Shown: positions 24,051 to 37,910 of the stretch, in pieces | How positions within the stretch are numbered: position 1 is the stretch's first letter | Layout of the letters: the number at the start of each line of letters is the position of its first letter | Translations under genes and position numbers: made by a program | Notes under the pieces: model-generated | Seen by the model: only the letters and a program-made list of their open reading frames with translations | Told to the model about the DNA's origin: nothing | Database searches by the model: none | Source: Octopus bimaculoides | Taxonomy: Eukaryota | Assembly (NCBI RefSeq): GCF_001194135.2 | Contig: NC_068983.1 | Coordinates: 18,339,599-18,403,598, forward strand | Reading direction: 5' to 3' | DNA: 64,000 bases

Positions 24051-24137
24051 ATTCTACGATCGTTTCGAAAATTGTGATTTGCAAAGGGCGAGTTTTCCAT
24101 TGATAACAATTGACCACATTTCTCTCATCAAAGGTAC
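24051..24137 (-). ncRNA. Type I hammerhead motif with long stem II, C3>U
   Basis: TTGATGA-GAGAAATGTG-[38 nt]-CACAATTTTC-GAAAC-GATC-GTA. 9 of 10 pairs at the stem II base; stem I disrupted. Confidence 0.65.
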
Positions 24138-26534
24138 AATAAAGGTTTAAAGGATTTAAAATATATAATTTCGAAGCATAAATATGTTTTAAGATACTAT
24201 TAAAATCTAAAAAATAATTTTTTAAAATTCCTAAAAATCTATGCGTCTTCCTAAAATTACTGAAGTTGAAATCAAGAAGCATATCGTTCATGCGAGAAGA
24301 TGGATGCGAATGGTACTTAACTTAAACGTTTAAATAAAGTATTGGATTATTGAGGATCAATTTAAGGGTGAATCCATGAACGTGGAGGTTGATGGTATCA
24401 ACTCAAAATCTTAGTTACATAACAATTTTTTAATGCTATATCAACGTGTTTTTTAAAAATATTAAAAAATATATTGTACAATATAATAATATAAAATTTT
24501 AATTGACAATTCATAAAAATCGCTTGATTGAAACCATTTACGTGGAAGGTTAATGAGTTCAAACTTGGAACTTAGCTGAAGTAAAAATATGATGTATCAA
24601 TAAATTAAGATATGAAAAATATATAGGAATTTTATGTTTATGCATTTATAAAAATTCGTTTAGGTTCCAGATGTTAAGTAGAATGAATCGAACTGAAGGC
24701 AGAGACTAAAAGTTTCTAAGCTAATTGGGATAAATCCATGTTCGTAATTTCAGAATTCTGATATAATCATTTTCTGGGGAATTTAAACGTAGATAATTAC
24801 TTACGTCTATATGCAATTATACGTCAGAGATTTTGTTAATTAAGATTTTGTTTATGCTGTACGAAGCATACTAATTGTTAATGTATGTAGCGAGTGCCGT
24901 TGAATTTTTTGTTCCTGTTAACACTTCTAGTGGTATTTTCAAACACAATCTCCAGATTTTATACTTTAAAAAAATTGATTATTTTTTTCTGAATTATATC
25001 TATTGTTCGTACGGAAAAGCCAGGGATATCTAAAAAGGCATAATTCCTGTATAAAGTATCATAAGGTATCCTCCCTGTATAAATCTTGGGAACTCATCCT
25101 TAAATTTCGAGATTAGAAATAGAGCTACTACTTCAGGGATCTAGACAGAGTTAGAGGAATCCATCGTAACCTCAACGTAGTCGTCAGTATCACTTCGGGT
25201 CCACATCTTGTTTTTAAAAGAGATTAAGGTTTTCCCAGCCGTAAAGGTATCTTTGTCTAAGGAAGTTATATCAATAAGGCTCTCAGCACACGTGTATATA
25301 TTTATACATATATATGTGTGTGTATGTGTGTGTGTGTGCGTGCATGTGTGTGTGTGCGTGCATGTGTGTGTGCTTGGGTATGTGTGTGTGCTTGTGTATG
25401 TGTGTGTGTGTATGTGTAAAGCTCCTATGCTATTTATTCCAGTTACTGCTTATACTCCCATCTTCCAGAATAATTCTATAAGATGGTTATTAGTCTTGTG
25501 CACCTATACTCTGCAAAATCGGAATGATAAGCGGTGGCCGGAATAAATAGTATAGAAACTTTTTATGAGATGTCTCAAATATCTTTCACATAAATGAACT
25601 TAAAGGATATATAACTTATATCTATCTATCTGTTTGTCTATCTGTCTATCTATCTATTATCTATTTGTTTGTCTCTGTCTGTCTCTCTCTCTTTCTCTCT
25701 CTCTGTATGAATATATATTGTGAGGGATTATCAAATCGGGCAAAATACTTCATTAAGTTTCTGTAAGCACACCAGGCTAAATATATTACTTAAATTAGTG
25801 AAGAACTCCAGGTAATTTTATGGTAGGGTCCAATTGAGTAAACCTATCTGTAATGGACCTATAATGATTAATGGAAACACTTGTAAACCAGATTTGCTCC
25901 AATAAATGAATAACATGTAACGAACGTTATTTTCAACTTGCTTCTTATACATGCATACACATATATATATATGTATATATAAATATATTTGTGTGTGTCT
26001 GTGAGTGAGTATGTGTGTCTGTGAGTGTATATATTTATATTCACACACACACACATCCCCGTGTATATTATATATATATATATACACACACACACATACA
26101 TGCATGCATACGGAGTACTTAATGCGGAAAGAAGAGAAGAAGGCTGTTTGGATTTCGAACTCAAATCACCAACATTTTTCACGCGCTATTATTTATAGCA
26201 CTGTTTACTTCGAGATCCACTAGTGCCAAAAAAAAAAAAAGAAAAAAAAACCATTGTTTTTCATATCTCCTCAAAGTTTAGGAAAGTTCCTGCCACGTCA
26301 ACATACAATTTTCGCTGGTAAGAGTAAATGTTCTAAAACGTACAAAGTTTGAAGCATCTATAATATNNNNNNNNNNACTGTTTACTTCGAGATCCACTAG
26401 TGCCAAAAAAAAAAAAAGAAAAAAAAACCATTGTTTTTCATATCTCCTCAAAGTTTAGGAAAGTTCCTGCCACGTCAACATACAATTTTCGCTGGTAAGA
26501 GTAAATGTTCTAAAACGTACAAAGTTTGAAGCAT

Positions 26535-26583
<49 letters not shown>

Positions 26584-27239
26584 ATGTGTGTGTGTGTGTG
26601 TGTGTGTGAGTGTGTGTGTATGTGTGTGTGTGTGCGTGAGCGTGTGTGTGTTTGTGCATGTATGTATGTATGCATAATGTATATGTGTGTTTATACATAT
26701 ATGCCCACACACGCTTTGTATGGAATTATTACGATGGCATGACGTGCACTTGTGAATTCAGTGGTTTTAATTAATACCAGTTAAATTAGGTATTGTGTAC
26801 GTCGATAACATTGGTAAAGGCTGTCATTTTCAAAGAGCTGTATAATTTCTTTTTTAACTAAAGAAACGAAGGAAGTGGTGAATAAACGAATGTTTGAATT
26901 AATGAATGAGTAAATGAATATAAAAAGAAAGAAGAAAATTTGAAAATACGTAAATTTAGCATCAAAAACATAACACGCCCACTAAATGCTAGAAAAAAAT
27001 GCTATCATAAAATGAAAACAAATTCATCCACCCAACTAACAACATTTCAAGTACATGCTAGCATGTATTTTTATGTCAGCTGTCTACAAGTCTCCTAATT
27101 AGGAGCTTTCAACTGTAATCCTTGACATTAGCATCGTATACATTTTCGTGATCAGTTTTCTTTTTATTTTCTCCGTGTTCTGTTTTCAAATTTTTTATTT
27201 TTTGCCTTTTTAATTCGCATCCTATTCCTCCTCCTACTC

Positions 27240-27277
27240 CTCCTCTCCCCTCTTGCTGTTGTTGTTGTTGTTGTTTA

Positions 27278-27308
<31 letters not shown>

Positions 27309-27542
27309 CTTCTTCTTCTTCTTCTTCTTCTTCTTCTTCTTCTTCTTCTTCTTCTTCTTCTTCTTCTTCTTTATCTTTATCTTCTGCTTCTTCTTCTGCT
27401 TCTTTTTCGCTACTTTCACCACTTCTATTGCAAATGCCGCCAACATTACCACCACCAATAACACAATCATCATCATCATCATCATCATCATCATTCTCAT
27501 AAGCACCAACACCATCATCATCATCGTCATCGTCGTCGTCGT

Positions 27543-27587
<45 letters not shown>

Positions 27588-27665
27588 TCATCTCCTCATC
27601 GACGTCGTCGTCGTCATCGTCGTTGTCGTCGTCCTCCTCCTCCTTCTCCTCCTTCTCCTTGTTCT
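27240..27665. repeat. Compound trinucleotide microsatellite (TTG)n(TTC)n(CAT)n(CGT)n
   Basis: Directly visible. Confidence 0.95.
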
Positions 27666-28024
27666 TATAGTTTCACTTTGTTTTTCACTTTTCTTTTGAC
27701 GTATTAGACATTTATTTCTCAAGTTTTTAAAAAATTATTTCTTCTGCACAAACGCCTTCATTACAATATATCTCCAATATTAACCGTAAGTGAATCATGA
27801 TGATCGACAATGACGTCTATAATTACCCTGCTACTGCATACTTGTTATTGGCTGCAAGTAAAACGCCAAACTACAAACATAATTTTAAACACAGGAAATC
27901 ATACCAAGGTCAATAGACATTCTTGAAAGACTAACCAAATTTCCTCTCTTGGCTCATACCGTAATTTCCTTCATGACGGTCACACTGGTTAAAATACTTT
28001 ATGGAAAATTATATCTCTGATTGA

Positions 28025-28635
28025 AGGTGGCTAGCTGGCAGAAACGTTAGCATGCCGGGCGAAATGCTTAGCGGTATTTTGTCTGTTTTTACGTCCTGAG
28101 TTCAAACTGCGCGAGGTCGACTTTGCGTTTTATCCTTCCGGGGTCGATAAATAAACTACCAGTTGCGTACTGGGGTCGATCTAATCGACTGGCCCTCTCC
28201 CTCAGAATTTCGGGCCTTGTGTCTTGACTAGAGAAGAATCTTTAGCACTCTAAGGTGGCTAGCTGGGAGAAACGTTAGCACACTGGGCGAAATGTTTAGC
28301 GGTATTTCGTCTGCCGTTTCGTTCTGAGTTCAAATTCCGCCGAGGTCGACTTTGCCTTTCACTCTTTCGGGGTCGATAACTTAAGTACCAGTTACGCACT
28401 GGTGTCGATATAATCGACTTAATACGTTTGTCTGTCCTTGTTTGTCCCCTCTGTGTGTAGCCCCTTGAGGGCAGTAAAAAATAAGAAACGTTAGCACGCC
28501 AGGCTAAATGCTTAGCGGTATTTCGTCTGTCTTCAATACGTTCTGAGATCAAACTTCGCCGAGGTCGACTTTGCGCTTCATACTTTCGGGATTGATAAAT
28601 TAACTACCAGTTGTGTACAGGGGTCGATGTAATTA
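28025..28635 (+). mobile_element. Head-to-tail array of three SINE family B monomers
   Basis: Units at 28025-28239, 28253-28483 and 28484-28635, each with GAGTTCAAA-like B box and GAGGTCGACTTTGC. Confidence 0.9.
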
Positions 28636-28666
28636 CAACCACACATACAACAAATAGACACGTACA

Positions 28667-28719
<53 letters not shown>

Positions 28720-30067
28720 CTATTTATGTGTGCATGCATCATGCAGTGCATACCAGGCATGAATTTGAATTTGAAATAAGCAGCTGCAAACGTAACACAT
28801 ATCACAGAATCAATAAAAATGAAAGTTTCAACTCTCTAAAAATTTTACTGTATAAAATTCGTCATAGCTCACTGTTAGAGAGATGCCATTAAGCATCACT
28901 GATATTAAGACGGCTGAATATGTTTCTGCAATAAATAATGTCTGGCCAGTTTGTTGGAATTGCATTGGTAACATACATAGACAGAGATACCTGAAGAAAG
29001 CAGCTTATAAGAGAATAAGGAAGCCAACATCGTGACATTAATGGAAATAGAAACCAATCAGTTATAACAATTGCATAATCTTATATTGATAATCTCTACA
29101 TATTTTCCGCCTACTCTCAGTTAATAATTCACAGATAATATATACATTTATATATATATATATATATATGTATATATNNNNNNNNNNNNNNNNNNNNNNN
29201 NNNNNNNNNNNNNNNNNNNNNNNNNNNNNNNNNNNNNNNNNNNNNNNNNNNNNNNNNNNNNNNNNNNNNNNNNNNNNNNNNNNNNNNNNNNNNNNNNNNN
29301 NNNNNNNNNNNNNNNNNNNNNNNNNNNNNNNNNNNNNNNNNNNNNNNNNNNNNNNNNNNNNNNNNNNNNNNNNNNNNNNNNNNNNNNNNNNNNNNNNNNN
29401 NNNNNNNNNNNNNNNNNNNNNNNNNNNNNNNNNNNNNNNNNNNNNNNNNNNNNNNNNNNNNNNNNNNNNNNNNNNNNNNNNNNNNNTATATATATATATA
29501 TATATATATATATGCATATATATGCTTGTTTGTGTGTGTGTGTGTGTGCATTTATATACATATATGTTTGCGTATGTGTATGTGTATGTGGGAATATTTA
29601 TATGTATATATACATACGCTTATAAATATTGGTTTACAATATACATGCATAGGTCCATACATTCATATACATATATATGTACACAATATATGTTGTTAAC
29701 TGTTTCATTGTATCTACATAGTGAGAGGATTATATAACAGCGCAAGTACGCAACTACTCGACAAATATATACCCGAATACACACCCAACAGCTTACACCC
29801 ATGTGTACATACATATACTTACACACATAACTACACACACACACAAACATAGATACACACAGACAGGTACATAAATATAGAATATTTTTGTGAAAATGTA
29901 TGTACCCATGTGTGTAAGCATTTGGGTATGTTTTATATTCATTTTCTATGTATATCACTGCTTCCATCTACACCTATCTCTGTCTGTCTGACTATATGTC
30001 TGTCGGTCACTCTCTGCCACGTATACATACATATATGCCTATGTGTGCGTGCGTGTGTACGTATCTG

Positions 30068-30102
<35 letters not shown>

Positions 30103-31689
30103 GTATGAGCGTGTGTGTGCCTGTGTGTGTGCGTACGTATCTATTTATCTCACAATATATATTCGCAACACTTCCAATCATGAGAAAACATTTAGTATTA
30201 TTTATTATTTTTGTCGCCGTAGGATATGTTGAGCTTTGGAGACATTTGTAACAATCACAGTAAGCTTTCAATTTAATGTAACTGCAATAGATATAGATTG
30301 AGTTTTATAGAGATCTCACTACGTTTAACATTATACATTTCGAACACGTAGAAGATTCAGATTCGTAGCAAAATAAATTTTATCACCTCTCATAATAAAA
30401 TGCGTTTGTGCATTGCGTAACTTTTGTTGATTATACAAGAACGGAACTAGCTTCTGCAATGTCTTTCTGAGTGGAATGAGTAACTGATTGGGTAAACTAA
30501 CTTTTTGTCGAAAGAAACATGGCGATTGGTGTGTGAACCCGCAACAGTAAAATCATGATGATGAACTTCAGATCAACTGAAGTTTTATAGAAAACACCAA
30601 GAAGAGATTTTCATTGAACAAATAAATTTCACAAATTTAAAATACCGCAAACAGAAAACAGAGAAGTCATAGCGTATATTCTCTCACGGTGTACTATTAC
30701 TCTGTCATCACCTATCAACACATACACATACACACATACACACAAACTCATGCACACATATACGTACTCGCTCACACGGACACAGATACAAACACACACA
30801 CACACACACACACTCACATACACACACATTCACACTCATAAATCTCCTTAATATCTTTATAGTACAGTTCATGGCAACAAACTTTGGCTTATTTGACTGT
30901 GGCAGATTTCCATTTCAGAAAGTAAGAATAAATTACAATTCAACATATACTTCGTGCACACCTAAAATTAAATTACATATGAGGAAAAATAATGAGTTTG
31001 AATCGTAACTGAAATAATTTAACATAAAAGCTAATACTATTACAATAGAAATAAGATGCATACTCATGGAATATTGATTTGCTCATATAGTTATAAATAT
31101 ATGAGCTGGGCCCCGTGCCGTCAAGAATGACGGCTAATTGTAGCATTTTCTATATAAATAAGGTACAAAACCAAGGTTTTGGTTCAATAATTCTTTTATT
31201 ACTAATTTTTTCAGCGTTGAATATTAACCATCCCACCTCCATTGAAGGCGAACGCGCGCACACGCACACATAAACACACACACACTCACACACATACACA
31301 TTGCCATAACCCCCTTTTTACATACACACATATATTCACAAAGAGTTGAAATGCTGTTTGAATTATTTTTTCAGTGTACAATTTTCATCATCTCACTACC
31401 AAGTATGACATCACCTCTTCTTTCCTTATTCGTCTATATTTATGGGGAATCGACATATATTTATCTGGAATAGTGTTTAGAGGTCCCTGTGGCCGCTTTG
31501 TACAGGTGATTACTATCGTATTCTGCAAACAATATCTAAAAGTCTGTATATAAGGAGTTGGCAGACCTTAAGTAAGCATATTTTGTCTAAGCTTGTGACT
31601 GTTGAAATTATTTTTATATTCACATATTTATTCACATATCTATTTCCTTTCTTTCAGATTATATCTCCCTTAGCTACTTCTCATCATAA

Positions 31690-33518
31690 GTGCCTAAGTA
31701 GATCTGATAAAGTTTGCGATATCTGTATCAGTTTGACAACGCATTAATGAACCAAGGCTATTTTGCACATTTCAAAATAAAAGTTGGTAGTTTAGACAAG
31801 TCTTGGAATCATCACAAGGTGTGCATGTAGCGTGTCAAAAGATGATTGATGTGGACGAAGGAAGCGTGATAAGTTGGCATTTGCCAAACCTATGATTTAG
31901 CAAAAGGCAAATGTTCATTGCACATAATGTTACATATGTTTAGTGAAAACTTCAGGATATAACAAGAAAAACAAATCTGAAGTCGAGTATCCTGAAGTCG
32001 AGTATCAACTATACGTCCAGTAATTTATTCAGCTGAAATCCTGTTGCAGTTTTCGTTCAACTACCCTTTGGATCATGAGGAAGATCTCAGAGACAGCAAT
32101 GATGTACATTTTGAAACGGAAGATGACTGAATGATTTGGAAAGAGACATGAGTCTATCTAACGGCCTAGAACACTTTCCATCAAGAGTAAATGAGAAAAA
32201 TCTTACTTGAGAGAGGAGCGAATGTATCCTAATTTCGATCCAAAGAAAATGCATTTCTGCAATACTTTCGAAGTGACTGTAGGTTTATATATTCTCATAA
32301 CATGTAAACTATACTGGAGAAATTGGGAAATCTGATCCGCAACTCAAGTGAATTGCGACTGTTTGTCGATTGATCCAAGCAGGGCTTAAAATGTCTGCTC
32401 CACAATAGTAGTTTGTGTATTGCAGGTCCAACTGGGTATTTAGTTTGTTATCTTGGAGAATATGGAGACATGAAGAGTGTCACAAAGCTGCTTCAATGAC
32501 ACAATCACAATTAGATAATCTGTGTTAACCTTAAGCTATTATGCTTCCGTCTTTGTTAGCAACGAGTGTCCTTGCTTTCTGCGTATGTGCGACAGCAGAG
32601 TTCGAGTGAAGCACTGGGTAGAGGAGCATTGGCCTCCAACATTTCATCTCAAACCTGGTGATCACAATATTCTACACGAGTCACTTATTATCATAACGAA
32701 AATTAAATTCCCACCTCTGTATATGAAGCTGAATCTTATGAAGCATTTCGTTAAAGCATTACCAAGTACCTCATTTGGACAAAATTGAAGGTCAGTGTTT
32801 GATGGTTCATGAACTCGGTAGCTCAACAAAGGTGAACATTTCATAGGGACAAAATCAATTTTCAAAACGAATACTAGGTTATCATTCAAAGACCCGGTCA
32901 AGAACCTTTCTGGAAATACACAAGCAAAGAATTACACCGAAATTGTCCAGAAATTAATGAAGAGGTACAAAAACTTCGGTTGCAACATGAGTGTAAAGTT
33001 GTATTTTCTAAACTGCCATCTTGTTAACTTCTAGGAAAATTTTAGTGAGGTCAATGATGAGCAAAGTGAAAGATTTTGAAGCTCATGGAGGAAGATATCA
33101 CAGTAGATGGAATGAAAATATGATGGCTGACTATTGTTGGAGCATAAAGCGAAATTGTCCACAGGTTGAACACTCCAGGAAAACTTATAAACATAAAGTC
33201 TTACCTAAACTACTTGCTCGCAATTTGAGTTACATTAACAATATCCATTGTATGAACAAAATAGATTTTTAAAAACATTACACTGAAGCATGTCTTATTG
33301 TTTTCCATTGTATTTAAATCAAGTAAAAAACATTTTATAAAATAAACACAAATTTGTTGGTGGCGGTATTTTAATGCATTTGTGACAAAGTGAGTCTATC
33401 CCGTAGGTACAAAGATTGATGTGATATAGAAAAAACGGGTATCATTTTTGGATTCACAGGCCAAACGTTAGTCAAAACAAGTGTCAGATTAACTCAACGA
33501 TAATTGTGTTTCACAGTG
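31690..33518 (+). mobile_element. Chapaev3-like (CMC superfamily) DNA transposon, pseudogenised, right terminus retained
   Basis: Frame-broken motifs LDKSWNHHKVC, CYICLVKTSGYNKKNK..VEYP, CPCFL.MCDSR...HWV..HWP, PPLYMKLNLMKHFVKAL and RY..RWNENMMADYCWSIKR; ends ...TGTGTTTCACAGTG. Family assignment is from recalled consensus motifs; left TIR not found. Confidence 0.75.
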
Positions 33519-35002
33519 TAATCAATTACAAGGACAAAACATCTTTAATAATATTGTAATAATACATTTCAAATATAAAAATATATCTAATATTAAACAT
33601 ATATGGAATTCCATATTATTATTTATGAAACGAAACGATAGATTCAGGATTCGGATTCCAAGATAATTTGAACAGATTTAAATGATGTGATTACTATTTA
33701 TTCCGAAGTTGGTTTAATTATGTCGCCGTCCATGTTGTTGCACGATGCAGTGGTTTGTAGTGTTGTTGTTGTTGCTATTGTTGTTGTTGCTGTTGTTTAT
33801 GTTCTTGTTGCTGTTGATCGTTGTTGTTTTTATCTTCTCGCTTCCTGGTATCCGATAATTCAGTAATCAGATCACTAAAGTCGAAATTCAATTTATGTGT
33901 AAATCGTTTTAATTATATCAGCTCAATTCTCGACACATCACAAGATTTTCTGCCAATGATTAAATGCCTTGCGTCAAAACAGACACGTAGAAAAAGAAGA
34001 AACCGAAAAGTTAACAACAGTCAAGTTTAAGAGATAAAAATTAAATAATACATAAATAACAAAAGGCATATAACAACTCTAAAATACATTCTTGAATAGA
34101 GTAGAATGAAAAAGTTAAAAACAACCGATAAACATATAACGTTAAATCCGTTTATTTAATTTCCCATTGTAAAGATATCACAGTTGCAAGAATAATATTA
34201 ATGGATGCTGCTTCGACAGCATATAATAAATATTTATTGAAATCTGGTTATATCCCTGTCATACAACTGCATAGAGATTGTGGAAAATTTTAAATCGTAA
34301 TTACATTTCGCCTAATGACAGATTTATAGCTCTGAATAATGTTTATACCTGTGTGGTGTGATTTGCATTTACAATGATCTAACTGATATTTGAATATGTG
34401 CAAAGGAAGACTTACAGCACTAAGTTATATCTATGTGTACGTGTGTATGTTTGTATATATACATATATATGTGTGTGTGTGTGTGTCTGTGTATAAGTAT
34501 ATAAATATGTATATATATATATAAATACATATATAGTTTGTGTGTGTGTATATATGTATGAATGTATATGTATACGTATGCATTAATAGTTTGTCATTTG
34601 AGTTTGCATTTTTCAACGATTCATAGGCGTAAAAGAACACCTGATTTTTGAGATACCTACGAATATATACATATATATTTATATCGATATATACATATAA
34701 CACACATACATACATGCACATAAGCACATACACACGCATTTATCAAATACGAAATATATACGAATATATGTATTCAATGAGGCGCAGATGGACTCGGTTT
34801 ATCGATGCATGAATAACTGGAACTAATTAGAATACAGTCGTAGTTATGAATGATGTTTATCTCTTATTTATTAATTGTTTCAATCATTGGATTGCGGTCA
34901 TTCTGGGGCACCATCTTGAAGGGTTTTAGTCAAACGAATCAACGCTAGTAATTATTTGAAGACCGGTACCACATGGAGGACTCTGATCGAACCGCTAAGT
35001 TC

Positions 35003-35345
35003 ACGGCCGACTTTATATTTCAACCTTTTGAGGTCGATAAAAGAAGTGCCAAATGAGTACTGGGGTCAATATAATGGAGTTATCTCCTCCTTAAAAGTTT
35101 CAGGTCTTGTGTCCATTTCAGAAAAGATTATTAGTAGTGTTAAAAAGGCAGTGAGCTGGCAGAATCATTAGCACGAATATCAAAATGCTTAACGGCGTTT
35201 CGTCCGTCCTTATGTTCTGAGTTCAAATTCCGTCGACGTCGACCTTGTCTTTCATCATTGCGGAGCCGATAAAATGAGTACCAGTGGTCGATGAAATCGT
35301 CTTTACCTCTACCTCAAAATATCAGGCCGTGTGCCTATAGTAAAA
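35003..35345 (+). mobile_element. Two old tandem SINE family B copies
   Basis: GAGGTCGATAAAAGAAGTGCC at about 35030; second head GGCAGTGAGCTGGCAGAATCATTAGCAC at 35147 with GAGTTCAAATTCC. Confidence 0.75.
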
Positions 35346-35449
35346 TTATTAGGAGTATTAGCGTGATTTAGAGAGATTTTCATTCTAACAATAATGTCGG
35401 TGTTTGGGAAATTAGTTATAAAAATCCTTTAAATATACACTAACTGCAT

Positions 35450-36135
35450 AGGTGCAGGTATGGCTATGTGGTAAGAAGGTTGCTTCCCAACCACATGGTT
35501 CTGGGTTCTACTATAATGTCGGGTCGACCAAAACCTTGTGAGTGAAATTGTTTAGACAGAAACTGAAGGAATATCACACACATATATATATATATGGTAT
35601 AAACGTATAAGATTCTAAAAATTAAAAATTTCCAAGTAGAAAATATGTTTTGTGTTTAAATGTTCACAAATTTCAATGAAATGAAAAATGATCGGCGAAA
35701 CAAAGAATTATTCAAAGTAGTTTGGTATGTGCATAAATTTATTTAAAAACAATTACATGCGTTTCAAATTCAGATGCATTTTCAGCAACAAATTATTCTA
35801 TATTTGTGTGTGTGTGTTTGCGTGCATGTGTGTGTGTTTGCGAGCATGTGTGTGTGTGTGTGTGCGTGTGTACGTGTACACATGTGTCTGTGTGTCTTTG
35901 TGTCTGTGTGTCTTTTTGTCTGTGTGTCTTTGTGTCTGTGTTTCTTCTCTACCACCACTTAACAGCTAGTATTGTTGAGTTTATGTATCATTAACATAGC
36001 GGTTATGCAAAGGAGACCTATAAAATAAGTACTAGGATTTTGAAAATAAGTCCTGGAGTCGATTTGTTTGACTTAAATATTCCAAGGCAGTGAACCAGCA
36101 TGTCAGCGGTCAAATGACTGAAACAAATAAAAAGT
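35450..36135 (+). mobile_element. SINE family A copy split at its internal microsatellite, with a head deletion
   Basis: 5' half at 35450-35590 (deletion between CTGGGTTC and TACTATA); 3' half at about 35930-36135 ending GGTCAAATGACTGAAACAAATAAAAAG. Confidence 0.75.
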
Positions 36136-36470
36136 CATTCTATTCAGTTTGTAGAATCCGTGGTTTTCGTTGAATGCTGCTTAAAAAAAATTAGGTTCTA
36201 TGAGTGTGTGTGCGTATGTTCCCTATGCATTCAAAACCGAGTTCCCGATTTTGACGTATGGGGTAAGAAAAGATTCAGTACTATTTCCGCTACCAACTAA
36301 ACTTTATATTCATTGACATATTTGCATTACAAAAATTTAAAATTATATTTTTTCCATACATGAACTATCGTAAGCATTTTATACGACGGCGACGACGATG
36401 ATGTCTCATTCTCTATATGAGCGTGTACCTTGAAAGACATCCATCATCACGACACACACCTTCACACACT

Positions 36471-36520
<50 letters not shown>

Positions 36521-37619
36521 TACACTCTTCCATTTCAATTCCTTTACATTCAGCTCTCTCTCGCCTTTTCGCTTTCTCTTTTCTTTCAATTTCTGCTCTC
36601 TTCAAAACATAAAGAAATTAATCATTACAGAATGACCTAGTGTAACGCCGAATGAGAAAAAAGACAGAGAGAGACAAGAGAAAGAATCATAGACAGAAAA
36701 TAAATTTCTATAGGGGAAGTTGAAAGACGGATAGAGGGTGAAAAACAGAGGCTGATGTATCATACCCTATGTATGTATCTTCTAGGTCATTTTGGGGGCA
36801 ATGTTAGCATTTCATTCTAATCTAAGCTGCCATTCTGCATGTTTTTGGTGTCAACATTTTCAGCATTGTTCATCAAAAAATAACTGAGAAACATGCTTAT
36901 AAAGAGTTGTTTGATTCACACTCCTCGTGTCTCGATTCTGCCCATAAGAAAGAAACAAATACTACAATAGTGCTGTAGGTCATAACACACGGGCAACGCC
37001 GAAATGCATTTCTAATGAGACATATATAATTTCAATAATGCTAAAATGCTGATTTGATTAGCTACATTTAATTTTGTCGCGATTTTCTTGTTCTCTAATG
37101 AGTTAAATTATTACTTTATGAGTAGTTATGCTACTTTCTTTATAAGTAGTTATGCTACTTGTTTCTTTATAAGTAGTTATGCTATCAGAAAGAATTATTT
37201 GATGTGAGTGAGCAATTATTCCGAAATTATAATCCGTTTTATCTCCTTCTACGAAAATATGTGATAAATTTTCATATCAGCATCACAAAACTAGCAAGTT
37301 GACGTTGTACAATATGTTTCGTCTTAAGCCTCAGAGAATAATTAAACAATATACTTCATCTAGATTATTTTACATAGCAATGAAGGACTAATATCTTAGT
37401 AGTTTTTCATTTTATTGAACTCACTATATTTCACAGATAATCCAGCTTTGATCAGAAATCTATATTCGGACACATATACGTGTGTATGAGTTTGTGTATA
37501 TATATTCGTGCATTTATGCGTGCTTACGTGTATGAGTGTATTTGTGTAAATTAGTGCTAGCTTGTCTGAATATATAAGCATGTATATAGCGAAAGTACTT
37601 GCTGATCTGTATGATATTA

Positions 37620-37910
37620 TTTAACTGAGAATCTTGCTTCCCAATCACACGGGTCCAGGTTTAGTCCCATTGCATGACACCCTGGACAAGTGAATTCTGT
37701 TATAGCTGCACGTAGACCATAGCCTTGTAAGTGGATTTATTAAACAGGAACTGAAAGAAGCCCTTCGTATATACATATGTATATATCTATGTCTGTATGG
37801 GTGTTATTGTGTATATATTTGTTTCCCATAACCGCTTGACAACTGGTGCCGGTCGTGTATGTCTCCGTTACAAAGCAGTTCAGCAAAAGAGATCTAGATA
37901 GTATCAGGCT
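37620..37910 (+). mobile_element. Old SINE family A copy
   Basis: TTGCTTCCCAATCACACGG..TTAGTCCCATTGC..GCCTTGTAAGTGGATTT..AACTGAAAGAAGCCC..CGCTTGACAAC. Confidence 0.7.

Noticed and set aside
26200-26543. Exact 167-bp tandem duplication (26200-26366 and 26377-26543)
   Set aside because: The copies are identical and separated by exactly 10 Ns, typical of unmerged overlapping contig ends (assembly artefact).
27109-27699. Poly-D/E/Q, poly-K/N and poly-L/F/I ORFs
   Set aside because: Compound trinucleotide microsatellite.
28025-28635. Regularly recurring repeats that might suggest a CRISPR array
   Set aside because: Units are 150-230-bp SINE monomers without unique spacers, in eukaryotic DNA with no cas genes.
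37116-37184. Three copies of a 24-27-bp unit (TAAGTAGTTATGCTA..)
   Set aside because: Ordinary short minisatellite with no further structure.
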